DNA of 64,000 nucleotides. Source: Alphaproteobacteria bacterium. GTDB lineage: Bacteria; Pseudomonadota; Alphaproteobacteria; Rs-D84; CACZYB01. Every line of letters begins with the position of its first letter. The stretch's first letter is position 1. The translations under genes and the position numbers were made by a program. Location of the stretch: the NCBI GenBank assembly GCA_017938435.1, contig JAGBBO010000027.1:2264-66263 (forward strand), given 5' to 3'. Under the pieces are notes generated by a model. The model saw nothing but the letters and a program-made list of their open reading frames with translations, had not been told where the DNA came from and made no database searches. Shown piece after piece: positions 19,825-30,293 of this stretch.

Positions 19825-22401
19825 TTATCCTCCAATAATTTCTGTTAATTGAGATTTTTTTGCCATCGCATCAGAAAGACTTTTTCTTCTATCTTCTATA
19901 ACCTGAGCAGGAGCCTTTCCTTCCATTTTTGCAATCTGAGCTTCAAGACTTAAAATCCTTTTTTCTACTTCTTGAAGTTCAATTTTTGCCTTACTAATTG
20001 CCTCATCTTTATTTGCTGATGGAAGAGCAATAAGAACAGTAGTCGCCTCATCCACAACAACACTTATCATATCACTACTTTCATCAGAAAGTTTTGTATT
20101 GGTATGATTTGCAATTATATCAATATATGATTTTGCACCTTCTGGCATAGATTTAAACGCAATATTAAGCAAAGTTTTAAATCCAATTTTATTTTCCGCC
20201 CTTACATTTCTAATTGCAGAAATAACACTCAACATCCAATCAATATCTGATGTATTCGATGTATCTATTTGAACTTTTTCAGCATAACTTTCATGAATAA
20301 AATCACATGCACGACCAAAGCCAAGTTCTTCGTAAAGTTCAGCTGATACAAATGGTATAACTGGTTGCAACATTTTCAAAATATTTTGAATAACAACCTT
20401 TGCAGTCGCAAGAATTATCGCACCATTTTCGCCATCTATTTCTGATTTTGAAAGTTCGATAAAATTATCACAAAAATCATCCCAAACAAAGTGATACAAT
20501 GTTTGAGCATATTCATCATAACGATAATTTTCAATTGCATTTTTTGCAACATCTATTGCACTATTCATCTTATCCAAAATCCAGTTTGTTGATGCAACAG
20601 ATTTTGTTTTATCAAATACGATTGCATCTTTCACACCTTTCTGTTCCCAGAAATTAACTGCATTTCGTAATTTTGTAATAAACTTTCTTCCATTTTCAAC
20701 AAGGCTTCGACCAAAGTTCATATCCCTACCCTGACCAGACAATGTGCAAATAGTCCAACGCACTGCATCAATTCCAAACTCGTCAATAAGTTCAAGTGGA
20801 TTTATAACATTTCCCTTTGTCTTACTCATTTTCTGACCATGTTCATCACGAACAAGACCATGAAGAACAACTGTATCAAATGGAGCTTTTCCTGTAAAAT
20901 AAATACTCATCATTATCATTCTTGCAACCCAGAAGAAGATAATATCAAACCCAGTAATAAGTGTTGATGTAGGGAAATAATGTTTATAATCTGGGGCCTC
21001 TACATTTGGCCAACCAAGTGTTGACATAGGCCAAAGTCCAGATGAAAACCAAGTATCAAGACTATCTTCATCTTGTGTCAAATGCACCCCATCGCCTGCC
21101 ATTTTTTGTGCCTCTTCCAATGACTTTGCAACAAAAATCTTTCCATCATCAGTATAGTATGCAGGTATCTGATGTCCCCACCAAAGTTGTCGAGAAATAC
21201 ACCATGGTTGAATATTTTCAAGCCAAGAAAAGAAAGTATTTTCCCACATTTTTGGCACAAATTTTATCTTACCAGTTTTCACAAATTCAATCGCCTTTTT
21301 TGCCATTTCGGAAACATCGCAATACCATTGTTCAGTAAGTCTTGGCTCAATCACAGCACCACCGCGTTCAGCATGTGGAACCTGATGTGTATATGGTTCA
21401 ATTTTTACAAGATTGCCAAGTTCTTGTAGTTTTTCAACAATAACTTTTCTTGCTTCAAACCTATCCATTCCATCCAAAGAACGAACAAAATCATTTGCAT
21501 CAGGAATATTTTTCACATCAATTTTTGCAGTTTCCGTAAAAATATTCATAACTGGAAGATTATGCCTTTTTCCAACTTCGAAATCATTAAAATCATGTGC
21601 CGGTGTAATTTTCACAGCCCCAGTTCCCTTTGTCATATCAGCATAATCATCCCCAACTATTTCAATCTTTCTACCAATAATTGGAAGTATAGCCTTTTTA
21701 CCAATAAGATGTTTGAAACGCTCATCATTCGGATTTACCGCAACACCACTATCCCCAAGCATAGTTTCCGGTCTTGTTGTCGCAACAATAATTGACTCAT
21801 CCGAACCATCAATATCATATCTAATATGCCACATAGAACCAGCAGTTTCCTTCATCAAAACTTCCAAATCAGAAACCGAAGTCAACATTACAGGATCCCA
21901 ATTTACAAGTCGTTTTGCCTTGTAAATAAGCCCATCATTATAAAGACGAACAAATGCTTCCTTAACGGCATCACTCATCCCATCATCCATTGTGAAACGC
22001 TCCCTTGACCAATCAGATGAATACCCAAGACGGCGAAGTTGTTTTGTAATATTTCCAGCACATTCAGCCTTCCATTGCCAAACATAATCAAGGAATTTTG
22101 CACGACCAATTTCGCGTCTGTAAATTCCCTTTTCCGCCAACTGTTTTTCAACAATCATCTGTGTTGCAATCGCAGCATGATCAGTTCCAGGAAGAAGCAA
22201 ACAGTCAAACCCAACCATCCTTTTATAACGAATGATAATATCCTGCATAGTCATAGTGAACGCATGCCCCAAATGCAACTGCCCCGTAATATTAGGAGGA
22301 GGTATCATAATTGTAAAAGTAGGTTTTCCGCTTTCACTATTTGGTTTAAAATATCCGTTGTCTTCTTGAAATTTATATAAATCATCTGGATTGATAGTCA
22401 T
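19825..22401 (-). CDS. valS: valine--tRNA ligase
   Basis: PNITGQLHLGHA (HIGH) and KMSKTKGN motifs. 858 aa with a C-terminal coiled coil. Confidence 0.95.
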   Translation of the reverse strand: MTINPDDLYKFQEDNGYFKPNSESGKPTFTIMIPPPNITGQLHLGHAFTMTMQDIIIRYKRMVGFDCLLLPGTDHAAIATQMIVEKQLAEKGIYRREIGRAKFLDYVWQWKAECAGNITKQLRRLGYSSDWSRERFTMDDGMSDAVKEAFVRLYNDGLIYKAKRLVNWDPVMLTSVSDLEVLMKETAGSMWHIRYDIDGSDESIIVATTRPETMLGDSGVAVNPNDERFKHLIGKKAILPIIGRKIEIVGDDYADMTKGTGAVKITPAHDFNDFEVGKRHNLPVMNIFTETAKIDVKNIPDANDFVRSLDGMDRFEARKVIVEKLQELGNLVKIEPYTHQVPHAERGGAVIEPRLTEQWYCDVSEMAKKAIEFVKTGKIKFVPKMWENTFFSWLENIQPWCISRQLWWGHQIPAYYTDDGKIFVAKSLEEAQKMAGDGVHLTQDEDSLDTWFSSGLWPMSTLGWPNVEAPDYKHYFPTSTLITGFDIIFFWVARMIMMSIYFTGKAPFDTVVLHGLVRDEHGQKMSKTKGNVINPLELIDEFGIDAVRWTICTLSGQGRDMNFGRSLVENGRKFITKLRNAVNFWEQKGVKDAIVFDKTKSVASTNWILDKMNSAIDVAKNAIENYRYDEYAQTLYHFVWDDFCDNFIELSKSEIDGENGAIILATAKVVIQNILKMLQPVIPFVSAELYEELGFGRACDFIHESYAEKVQIDTSNTSDIDWMLSVISAIRNVRAENKIGFKTLLNIAFKSMPEGAKSYIDIIANHTNTKLSDESSDMISVVVDEATTVLIALPSANKDEAISKAKIELQEVEKRILSLEAQIAKMEGKAPAQVIEDRRKSLSDAMAKKSQLTEIIGG

Positions 22402-22587
22402 TTTTACGCCTTTTTTATTCTTTGATTATATGTTTGCTATGATAGATTATTATATACAGAAAGTAAAGAGTTTTTATTCATTTTTCACCATCATTGCAAG
22501 CCGTAATTCACCCCCAGTCTGTCATTCCACACCAATCTGTCATTCCGTAATTGATCCGGAATCCATAATCAAACATCACATCATCGT

Positions 22588-22613
22588 AAAAAAAATCCCC
22601 TCGACAGAGGGGA
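22588..22613 (-). terminator. rho-independent terminator downstream of the 22619..24607 gene
   Basis: tcccctc-gaca-gagggga hairpin, followed by U8 on the minus-strand transcript. Confidence 0.7.
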
Positions 22614-22618
22614 ATATA

Positions 22619-24607
22619 TTAGTTAAACAATTTCCAGTTAAGTTTTTTAACTTCACCATCATTCATCAACATAGAGCCACCAGCATCCGGATCCCCAAGA
22701 TAACAAGCCCCAGTCATAATACCCTTATTAGCATCAGCCGAAATCTTACTTGTCACCAAAGTTGTTATGCCAGTAAGTGCAGTCTGAGTTCCCGAAGAAA
22801 TCGCACTTTGCAAAGCAGATGAACTTTGTTCTTTCAACTGTTCCATCTCCTTCTTCTTCTCGTTCACTGTATTATTTGCACTATTATAAGATGATACAGC
22901 AGAGTTGTAATCTTTTATAGATTTCTTATCATCCTCATCACCAGTCATAAGAAATTTCAACCCATCACGATAATCTTTTGCATTACTTTTCATCATCTTC
23001 AACTCTTCTTCTAAGGATGAAATACCAGTTCCATCGCTTTCTCCACCAGAGCTACTTCCTTGTTTATCTACAGTTTTCAACCAACCTTGCTTACTATCCC
23101 AATGACATTTGGAACGATCAGCACAAGAATAACCAGAACCAGAAATATCGTTATGGCATTCAAAATTTGAAGTAGCACCATTATCTAATATATATTTTTT
23201 ATTTGCATCATCTAAACTTCTTACATCTATTTTATTCTGACAAGTGCTACATGGATCTCCAACCAAATATCTCATAGCACTTGAACATACCGCATCAGCC
23301 ACACCAACATTTAATGTTGCTCCAGGAGTAAATAAAGTACTTGCCTGAGCAACATAAGTTGGAGCAATATAATTTCTTGCAAAATTAATATTATCCTGTG
23401 CTTCTGCAGCTTCTGCCTTCAACGCACTTAAATCTTTCAATTTTGAAATAAGTTCTTTTAACTTTTCTGCCTTTTTAAGTTCATTAGATTTTTCTATATA
23501 AACATAACATTTTTCTTTACCTTTAAAAGTTTCCGCAGTCAAAGTAGAACAATCTTCACCTTCAGATGATGTTTTACTCTTTGGAAGGCCATAATTATCT
23601 GCAAAAGAATCAGCGCTATACCTACAATATTTTGCGCCATTATCATCTACCCCTTTTTCACCATCACATTGATCTTCTTCCGCCCTTTTCAAGCCAACTC
23701 CACTTGCCCCATACCAATATTTATTATCAGGCTTACTATCTGTCAAATTTGTTCCATCGAATTTATACCACGCATCCTCGACAAATGCACCGGCACGTTT
23801 CAAATTTTTTTGTGCATTGATTGCGCCAACAACCTGTGCCCCAGTAGAAAGAAGTCCAGTTCCAAGTTGTATCATAGCCTGAATCCCAGCAATTTTATCC
23901 TCTGCACTTTGTTCAGCCTTATACTCCAAATTTTGTTGGCTTAAACCAAAATTATTGTATGAACAAGTAAATGTTGTTCCAACAGAAACGGTTTTATCCC
24001 TTTTAACCTTACTTTTACCATCCGGCGATTTTGCCAAATAGTAAATACTCAACTTACATGTTTCACCAGAAATCTTACCACCGGCATTGGCACAACTTTC
24101 CTTAAAATAATCCTTAACCTTTGAAACAACCTGTTGTTTAGCAAGCACACGCACAGTTTCCGATGACGCAGAATTCAAATAAGATTGACATGAAGGATTT
24201 CCTGCCAAGAAAACATCAATATTCGATGTTTTAAAACATTTTTCATACGAAACATCGCCGGCACATTGCCCACTTAAACAACTAAGCAAGTTTGACTTCA
24301 AATTTGAAATTTCGGTTGCCTCATCCACAACAGTTGCAGTAGTAGTAGTCGTTGTTGTTGTGGTAGTTCCACCCCTTCGTGAGGAAGATGAAGATGCACG
24401 AGCTTCGGAGGTATCTTCTGCTACATTTACAGTAACAGTTTCAGTCTTTTTCTTTGACTTATTTTTTTTCTTTTTCTTTGATGAACTTTTTCTTGCAGTA
24501 TTTGACTTTTTTGCATCAGCATAATCTGTTGGAAAAACAAGGATTCCAGCCAAAATCAAAGTTAAAATAGTAAGAAAACTACTTCTTCTCTTCATAATAT
24601 CCTCCAT
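22619..24607 (-). CDS. secreted Cys-rich protein with poly-Lys and poly-Thr low-complexity N-terminal region
   Basis: Signal peptide MKRRSSFLTILTLILAGILVF. K-rich and T11 tracts. Many Cys pairs. The likely start is the second Met, at 24593. Confidence 0.6.
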   Translation of the reverse strand: MEDIMKRRSSFLTILTLILAGILVFPTDYADAKKSNTARKSSSKKKKKNKSKKKTETVTVNVAEDTSEARASSSSSRRGGTTTTTTTTTTATVVDEATEISNLKSNLLSCLSGQCAGDVSYEKCFKTSNIDVFLAGNPSCQSYLNSASSETVRVLAKQQVVSKVKDYFKESCANAGGKISGETCKLSIYYLAKSPDGKSKVKRDKTVSVGTTFTCSYNNFGLSQQNLEYKAEQSAEDKIAGIQAMIQLGTGLLSTGAQVVGAINAQKNLKRAGAFVEDAWYKFDGTNLTDSKPDNKYWYGASGVGLKRAEEDQCDGEKGVDDNGAKYCRYSADSFADNYGLPKSKTSSEGEDCSTLTAETFKGKEKCYVYIEKSNELKKAEKLKELISKLKDLSALKAEAAEAQDNINFARNYIAPTYVAQASTLFTPGATLNVGVADAVCSSAMRYLVGDPCSTCQNKIDVRSLDDANKKYILDNGATSNFECHNDISGSGYSCADRSKCHWDSKQGWLKTVDKQGSSSGGESDGTGISSLEEELKMMKSNAKDYRDGLKFLMTGDEDDKKSIKDYNSAVSSYNSANNTVNEKKKEMEQLKEQSSSALQSAISSGTQTALTGITTLVTSKISADANKGIMTGACYLGDPDAGGSMLMNDGEVKKLNWKLFN

Positions 24608-24730
24608 ATACTCTTTATCATTTTAACACTTTTTTGCAGGATTATCAAGTATTTTATAGAGTTTTTTTATTATATTATTCCAAAGGATTTTATATTTGAT
24701 TGTGGATTCCAGTGAAATACAGAACCTATC

Positions 24731-24762
24731 AAAAAAAATCCGCCGAGGAAACCCCAGCGGAA
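24731..24762 (-). terminator. rho-independent terminator downstream of the pilin-like gene
   Basis: The minus-strand transcript forms tccgc...gcgga hairpin followed by U8. Confidence 0.6.
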
Positions 24763-24787
24763 CTTTTCTAAATATTTACAAATAATA

Positions 24788-25291
24788 CTATCTGAAGTAA
24801 ATCGAAATTGTATCAACTTCACCTTCAGGACAGCTATTACCTGCATACGCAGTATTTGTTGTATTTTCAATCTTATTATCCAATGTATCCATCCATGACA
24901 TAGTTGTAAAATACAAACAATCTTGTGTTGAAACATTTGGAATATCAATCTTGAAACCAGGATTAAGACCTGTTGAATTAACAGATGTAACTGTATATAC
25001 ACCACCATAAGGTGTTTCAAGTTTCAATCCCATTTTTTTCAAAATTTCACCACCGATATCATAACCACCGCTAGTATCAGTATCTGATTTATTATAAGAA
25101 GTTCTTCCAGCAAAAACACCACGTGTTTCCTGAGCAAGTTTTGTTACTTGTTCAACAACATTGTTTCTGTTAATTTTACTGATAGCCTGTGAATACCCAG
25201 AAATACCCATAACTGTAATAACTCCCATAATTGCCAAAACACCAAGCATTTCAACAATAGAACGGCCAGAATCATTTTTTCTTATTAACAT
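24788..25291 (-). CDS. type IV pilin-like protein (prepilin-type N-terminal cleavage/methylation motif)
   Basis: Short basic leader ending in Gly, then RSIVEMLGVLAIMGVI with Glu at +5, a hydrophobic N-terminal helix, and C-terminal Cys residues. Confidence 0.65.
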   Translation of the reverse strand: MLIRKNDSGRSIVEMLGVLAIMGVITVMGISGYSQAISKINRNNVVEQVTKLAQETRGVFAGRTSYNKSDTDTSGGYDIGGEILKKMGLKLETPYGGVYTVTSVNSTGLNPGFKIDIPNVSTQDCLYFTTMSWMDTLDNKIENTTNTAYAGNSCPEGEVDTISIYFR

Positions 25292-25385
25292 ATTTATTTT
25301 TCTCCCTTTATTTTTTTAAATTCTTGTATTAAATTAAATACTGATAACAATATATCACAAAAAAAGAACTTATGCAACAACAAAA

Positions 25386-27197
25386 ATGCAAAAAAATTTA
25401 ATTGGACTAGAGATAATTAGAAATTTTCACAAAAATACACCAAATTCACCTGGTGTATATAGGATGTTTGATGAAAATAAAAAAGTTCTTTATGTTGGAA
25501 AAGCCAAAAATTTACACAAAAGAATAAAAAATTATACTGACCTTGATGGACTTTCTGAACGAATTCAAAAAATGATTTTGGAAACTCGTTCTATGGAAAT
25601 TATTCAAACGCATACTGAAAACGAAGCCCTTCTTTTAGAGCAAGATTTGATAAAACAACTTCATCCGAAATACAATATCTTACTTCGTGATGATAAAACC
25701 TACCCTTACCTTACTATTACAAAGGAAGATATCCCAAAATTAGGAAAATTCCGTGGGGACAAAAACTCTTCGGCATATTTTTTTGGTCCTTTTCCATCTG
25801 GTCTTGCCGTAAATGAAAGCATAAAAATGATACAATCCGTTTTTGGATTAAGGACTTGTAAGGATACTATGTTCCACAATCGTCAAACCCCATGTCTTCT
25901 TTACCAAATTAAAAAATGCAGTGGTGTTTGTTGTGGAAAAATTACCCCAGCGGAATATAAACGAAATGTCGATGATGCAATAAGTTTTTTAAACGGTGAA
26001 AATCGCGATGTCATAGATAATCTTTCAAAAGAAATGCGAAAAGCCAGTGACGAACGCAATTATGAAAAAGCCATTATATATAGGGACAAAATAACATACC
26101 TTAATCAAATATTAAAAAGGAATACCCTTTCTGCAATAGATGGAAAAACTGATATAATAGCCCTTATTACAAAAGGAAACAGTTTTGAAATAGAAGTTTT
26201 ATTTTCCAGAAACTCTGTTACCTGTGGTCAATATTCATATTTCCCTGAACATACAAAAGATATGGAAAATGATGAAATACTTACTTCTTTCATCGAGCAA
26301 TTCTATTCCGATCATGAAATTCCTGATACTATAATAACTAATATAGATATAAAGGACAAAGAAGAATTAGAAGAAACTCTATCATCTTTGAAAAAAACAA
26401 AAGTTCAAATTGAAATTCCAAAAATTGGTGATAAAAAGAAAGTCCTTGATACCGTAATACAAAATGCAAACCTACACCTTGAACGAAAATTTTTAGAGGA
26501 ACGCGACAACAGACATTATATGGAAGAATTGGCAAAACTTTTTGAATTAAAGGCACCGCCAAAACGAATTGATGTTTTTGATAATTCCCACATTTTTGGA
26601 ACTGATAAAATCGGTGCAATGATTGTTGCCGGTCCGACTGGATTTCAAAAGGATAACTATCGTAAATATAACATAAGGGCAAATATTGCCGGTGATGATT
26701 ATAAAATGATGGACGAAGTCCTTACCCGCCGTTATACAAGAGCAAAGGCTGAACATACCCTCCCTGATCTTATACTTGTTGATGGTGGTCGTGGACAACT
26801 TGATATTGCATATAATGTAATAAGAAATCTTGAACTTGATACTCCTATTGTCGGTATCGCAAAAGGTGAAAATCGAAATGCCGGAGAGGAAACTCTTTAC
26901 CAAAAGGGACACAGACCTATAAACCTTGCTAAAAATGACCCTATTCTTTTCTATCTTCAACGAATTCGTGATGAAGCACACAGATTCGCTATTACTACCC
27001 ACAGAGCAAAACGTGCAAAATCGCATTTCCGTTCTGCTCTTGATGATATAGAAGGTATCGGTGCAACCAAAAAGAAAAATTTACTAAATTACTTTGGTAG
27101 CGTAAAAAACATTGTTAATTCAGATATTTCCGAACTTGTAAAAGTTGATGGCATAAATAAAAGCCTTGCCGAAAAAATTTATAAAACTTTTCACTAA
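25386..27197 (+). CDS. uvrC: excinuclease ABC subunit C
   Basis: GIY-YIG N-terminus (GVYRMFDENKKVLYVGKAKNL), UvrBC-interaction and C-terminal HhH. 603 aa. Confidence 0.95.
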   Translation: MQKNLIGLEIIRNFHKNTPNSPGVYRMFDENKKVLYVGKAKNLHKRIKNYTDLDGLSERIQKMILETRSMEIIQTHTENEALLLEQDLIKQLHPKYNILLRDDKTYPYLTITKEDIPKLGKFRGDKNSSAYFFGPFPSGLAVNESIKMIQSVFGLRTCKDTMFHNRQTPCLLYQIKKCSGVCCGKITPAEYKRNVDDAISFLNGENRDVIDNLSKEMRKASDERNYEKAIIYRDKITYLNQILKRNTLSAIDGKTDIIALITKGNSFEIEVLFSRNSVTCGQYSYFPEHTKDMENDEILTSFIEQFYSDHEIPDTIITNIDIKDKEELEETLSSLKKTKVQIEIPKIGDKKKVLDTVIQNANLHLERKFLEERDNRHYMEELAKLFELKAPPKRIDVFDNSHIFGTDKIGAMIVAGPTGFQKDNYRKYNIRANIAGDDYKMMDEVLTRRYTRAKAEHTLPDLILVDGGRGQLDIAYNVIRNLELDTPIVGIAKGENRNAGEETLYQKGHRPINLAKNDPILFYLQRIRDEAHRFAITTHRAKRAKSHFRSALDDIEGIGATKKKNLLNYFGSVKNIVNSDISELVKVDGINKSLAEKIYKTFH

Positions 27198-27263
27198 AAA
27201 TAATTGAATATTTTTTTTATACTGTTAATATAGTGTTCATTAGGAAATAAAGGACATTAAAAA

Positions 27264-27881
27264 ATGAAAAAAAATAAAAAAATCAATACACTTTGGGCAA
27301 TTCCAAACATTCTTACATACATAAGGATTCTTATTATTCCAGCAATTTTCTGTGTTCTTTATAGTAAAAAGGAAATTTATTCTAACTATGTTGCTTGCTT
27401 TTTATTCGGATTTGCAAGCCTTACTGACTATTTCGATGGTTACCTTTCCAGAAAGATGAAATTAACTTCTGAAATTGGAAGATTTTTGGACCCTATTGCT
27501 GATAAACTTTTGGTTGCAACTGTTTTAATAGTCTTAGTTCAAACAAAATTCGTGGGGATTATGGAAACTATTCTTGCATCAGTAATCATTTGCCGTGAAA
27601 TTTTTGTATCCGGTCTTCGTGAATACCTTGGTAATTTTCATACAAAAATGCCTGTATCAAAACTTGCAAAATGGAAAACAACAGCCCAACTTTTTGCAAT
27701 ATCATTCCTAATTTTTGGAAATCCTCATACAAACAAGTTTTATAACGATTTTTGGGATTACTTTACATTCAATGTATATGTTGCCGGTATATGTTTTCTT
27801 TTTATTGCAAGTATTCTTACAATATGGACTGGAAAACAATATATGACCATTGCATTTAAATATATGCAGGAAAAAAATTAG
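27264..27881 (+). CDS. CDP-alcohol phosphatidyltransferase (PgsA-like)
   Basis: DYFDGYLSRK...G(x)3D(x)3D motif. 205 aa membrane protein. Confidence 0.8.
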   Translation: MKKNKKINTLWAIPNILTYIRILIIPAIFCVLYSKKEIYSNYVACFLFGFASLTDYFDGYLSRKMKLTSEIGRFLDPIADKLLVATVLIVLVQTKFVGIMETILASVIICREIFVSGLREYLGNFHTKMPVSKLAKWKTTAQLFAISFLIFGNPHTNKFYNDFWDYFTFNVYVAGICFLFIASILTIWTGKQYMTIAFKYMQEKN

Positions 27882-28951
27882 TTATTTAAAAGATTTTTTC
27901 TTGAATTATATTTTTTAATCAACTCTTCAAATGTTTGAAGATATCCAGTTATGATTTTCTTATGCATATAATTTTTTGCAACTTCGAAACCAGCATCAGT
28001 AATTTTTTGTTTTTCCTCATCCGACAATGCCATAATTTCCTTTAATTTTTTCTTAATCAAATAATTATCATTCTTTGATACAAAAAATCCGGTCTTTCCA
28101 TCAACAATAAATTCCTCGGATTGAGAATTTTTAACTGTCACAACAAGTTTCTTTTGCATTAAAGATTCCAAAATATATTTCGAAAGTTCACTATCATCAA
28201 ATGGCAAAAATGCAAACTCCGCCACACTAGATGACACAAAACTTTTTTCAATTTCAGGAATAAACCTAGACCTTGCCTTTATATTAACCCTAGAAGCATA
28301 ATCCTTCACATACTCCTCCTCCGGTCCACTTCCCACAATAAAGAAATAAGTATCAGAAATAATACCTATTGAATCAAAGGCACGCTCGAACCCAATATTT
28401 TTCAAAAAAGTCCCCGCAATATAAATAATTTTTGCCTTTTCCGGAATGAAATATGTTTTCTTATCCACAGGCACATTATTATCATATAAATACATAAACG
28501 GAGGAAGCAAAAACGACCTTGCCCCACTATAACCATGGGATTTAACAAAAGACAAAACCTCCTCAACATTGGTCATAATATAATCAGTATTTTCAAATGT
28601 CGAAAGATTTTCCTTTTCATTCAAAAATGAAATTTGAACACCACCTGTTTCCCACACAATTTCACGCGCAGACTTTCCATATTTTATAATAACATCAGGA
28701 TGAAAAGATGAAAGAAATAGCCAAGTTCTAATCTTATTAGCGACAGTTCTCACCTTTCCAGATTTTGGCAATTTCCAATTTTTAATTTCACACAAAGTTT
28801 TTACCCAACCAAGTTCAGCACCTTCAACTGTATAAATCTTTTGTTCAACATTTTCATGTGACAATGCCAAAATAAATTCAGAGATAGTTTTTCTATGAGT
28901 TTCAAAATATGTATTATCTATAATGTGTAAAATTTTCATATTTAAAACCAA
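27878..28951 (-). CDS. glycosyltransferase, GT1/GT4-like
   Basis: C-terminal E-x7-E type motif region (ESLMQKKLVVT...GFFV). Size 357 aa. Confidence 0.6.
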   Translation of the reverse strand: MVLNMKILHIIDNTYFETHRKTISEFILALSHENVEQKIYTVEGAELGWVKTLCEIKNWKLPKSGKVRTVANKIRTWLFLSSFHPDVIIKYGKSAREIVWETGGVQISFLNEKENLSTFENTDYIMTNVEEVLSFVKSHGYSGARSFLLPPFMYLYDNNVPVDKKTYFIPEKAKIIYIAGTFLKNIGFERAFDSIGIISDTYFFIVGSGPEEEYVKDYASRVNIKARSRFIPEIEKSFVSSSVAEFAFLPFDDSELSKYILESLMQKKLVVTVKNSQSEEFIVDGKTGFFVSKNDNYLIKKKLKEIMALSDEEKQKITDAGFEVAKNYMHKKIITGYLQTFEELIKKYNSRKNLLNN

Positions 28952-29012
28952 TTTACTTTGTGTTAATATATGGTTATGATAACTTAAAAAATAAAACTAA
29001 TCAAGGATTAAA

Positions 29013-29633
29013 ATGATTTTAAAACCAACAAATGAAAATATAAGGTTAATAACAGAAAAACTCTTAAATGGAGATGTAATAATTTTTCCAACTGATACAG
29101 TTTTTGGCATTGGCTGTATAGCAACAAATACAAAAGCTATTGAAAAAATATATAAATTAAAAGGACGCGAAAAAACAAAATCTCTTTTACTCAATGTCGC
29201 AAATATAACCACCATAAAAAAATTTGCAAAAGTTTCAAAATTGGATAATTTGTTGATAAAAAAATTTATGCCCGGAGCACTAAGCCTTATTTTAAATGTA
29301 AAAAATCAAACTCCTCTTTCTCATTATGTTATAAAGGATAACAAAGTGGGAATTCGCATTCCAAACAATCAAACCCTACTTAAAATTTTAAAAAAGATAA
29401 AACTTCCGCTTATTTCTAGCAGTTGTAATTTAAGTGGTAAACCTGCCTGTATAAATGCAAAAGATGCCGAAAAAATTTTTGGTAAAGACATAATAATTTT
29501 GGATTCATACGAAAAACTTTCCGGACTATCATCAACAATAATCGATACAACAGAAAAAGAAATAAAATATATCCGAGAAGGAAAAATCAAATTCAAAGAA
29601 ATTAAAAAAATTATTTCTCAATCTTTTCAATAA
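29013..29633 (+). CDS. tsaC: L-threonylcarbamoyladenylate synthase (YrdC/TsaC)
   Basis: YrdC fold motifs (IIFPTDTVFGIGC...K..GREKTKSL). 206 aa, single-domain form. Confidence 0.8.
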   Translation: MILKPTNENIRLITEKLLNGDVIIFPTDTVFGIGCIATNTKAIEKIYKLKGREKTKSLLLNVANITTIKKFAKVSKLDNLLIKKFMPGALSLILNVKNQTPLSHYVIKDNKVGIRIPNNQTLLKILKKIKLPLISSSCNLSGKPACINAKDAEKIFGKDIIILDSYEKLSGLSSTIIDTTEKEIKYIREGKIKFKEIKKIISQSFQ

Positions 29634-30291
29634 TTTTCTTTATAAACGGAATTGTAATACGCCTTTTTTCTTCAAATGAAAGAAGGTCAGCTTGCTCTAC
29701 AATAAATGAAACAGACACCGTATCACGCGGGATATGTTTTATAATATATTCAATAACATCCGGAGCAACAATAATATCCCTTTCCAAAAATTGTTTAACC
29801 AACAAAGCCTTTAAAAATTCATCATCCGGGGAATAAATATTTGCAACCGGAAAACTTTGAAGTCTTGTTTTCAAATCTAAAATTTTAAAATCCAAAGATG
29901 AAAATACCTTTTCCGTAGTCAAAAGAAGTTTTGTATTACACTCCATTGCATAATTTATAATATGAAACAAAGTTTCCTCTAATTCAAAATTTCCAATAAT
30001 CTCATCAATATTTTCCACAACTAACGAAGAATTCATAGGCACAATATCTGAAAACAATTCATCAGCAATTTCTTTTGAATCATAAACTTTTGCACCAGTT
30101 TTCTCACTAAAAAGCCAAGACAAATGTGTTTTTCCAGAAGATTTTTCACCCAAAATAACAACTGCAAGATTATTATTCCAATCAGGATATAAATCAATCC
30201 ATTCCACCGCCTCCACATTACATGGAGAAACAAGAAAATCTTCTCGTCCCAAAAGGCGTCTATGCTCCAAAAGAAGTGGAAGTTGTTGCAT
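29611..30291 (-). CDS. hda: DnaA-paralogue regulatory protein Hda-like (AAA+)
   Basis: 226 aa. Walker A GEKSSGKTHL. DnaA domain III-like without the DNA-binding domain IV. Confidence 0.65.
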   Translation of the reverse strand: MQQLPLLLEHRRLLGREDFLVSPCNVEAVEWIDLYPDWNNNLAVVILGEKSSGKTHLSWLFSEKTGAKVYDSKEIADELFSDIVPMNSSLVVENIDEIIGNFELEETLFHIINYAMECNTKLLLTTEKVFSSLDFKILDLKTRLQSFPVANIYSPDDEFLKALLVKQFLERDIIVAPDVIEYIIKHIPRDTVSVSFIVEQADLLSFEEKRRITIPFIKKIIEKIEK

Positions 30292-30293
30292 TT

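Noticed and set aside
21042-22822. A chain of + strand ORFs (60-143 aa) opposite valS and the downstream gene
   Set aside because: They lie antisense to a clearly conserved valS coding sequence. They are typical AT-rich-genome shadow ORFs with no recognisable motifs.
24670-25020. 116-aa minus-strand ORF overlapping the pilin-like gene
   Set aside because: Alternative frame of the pilin gene. It overlaps the terminator and intergenic region and has low complexity.
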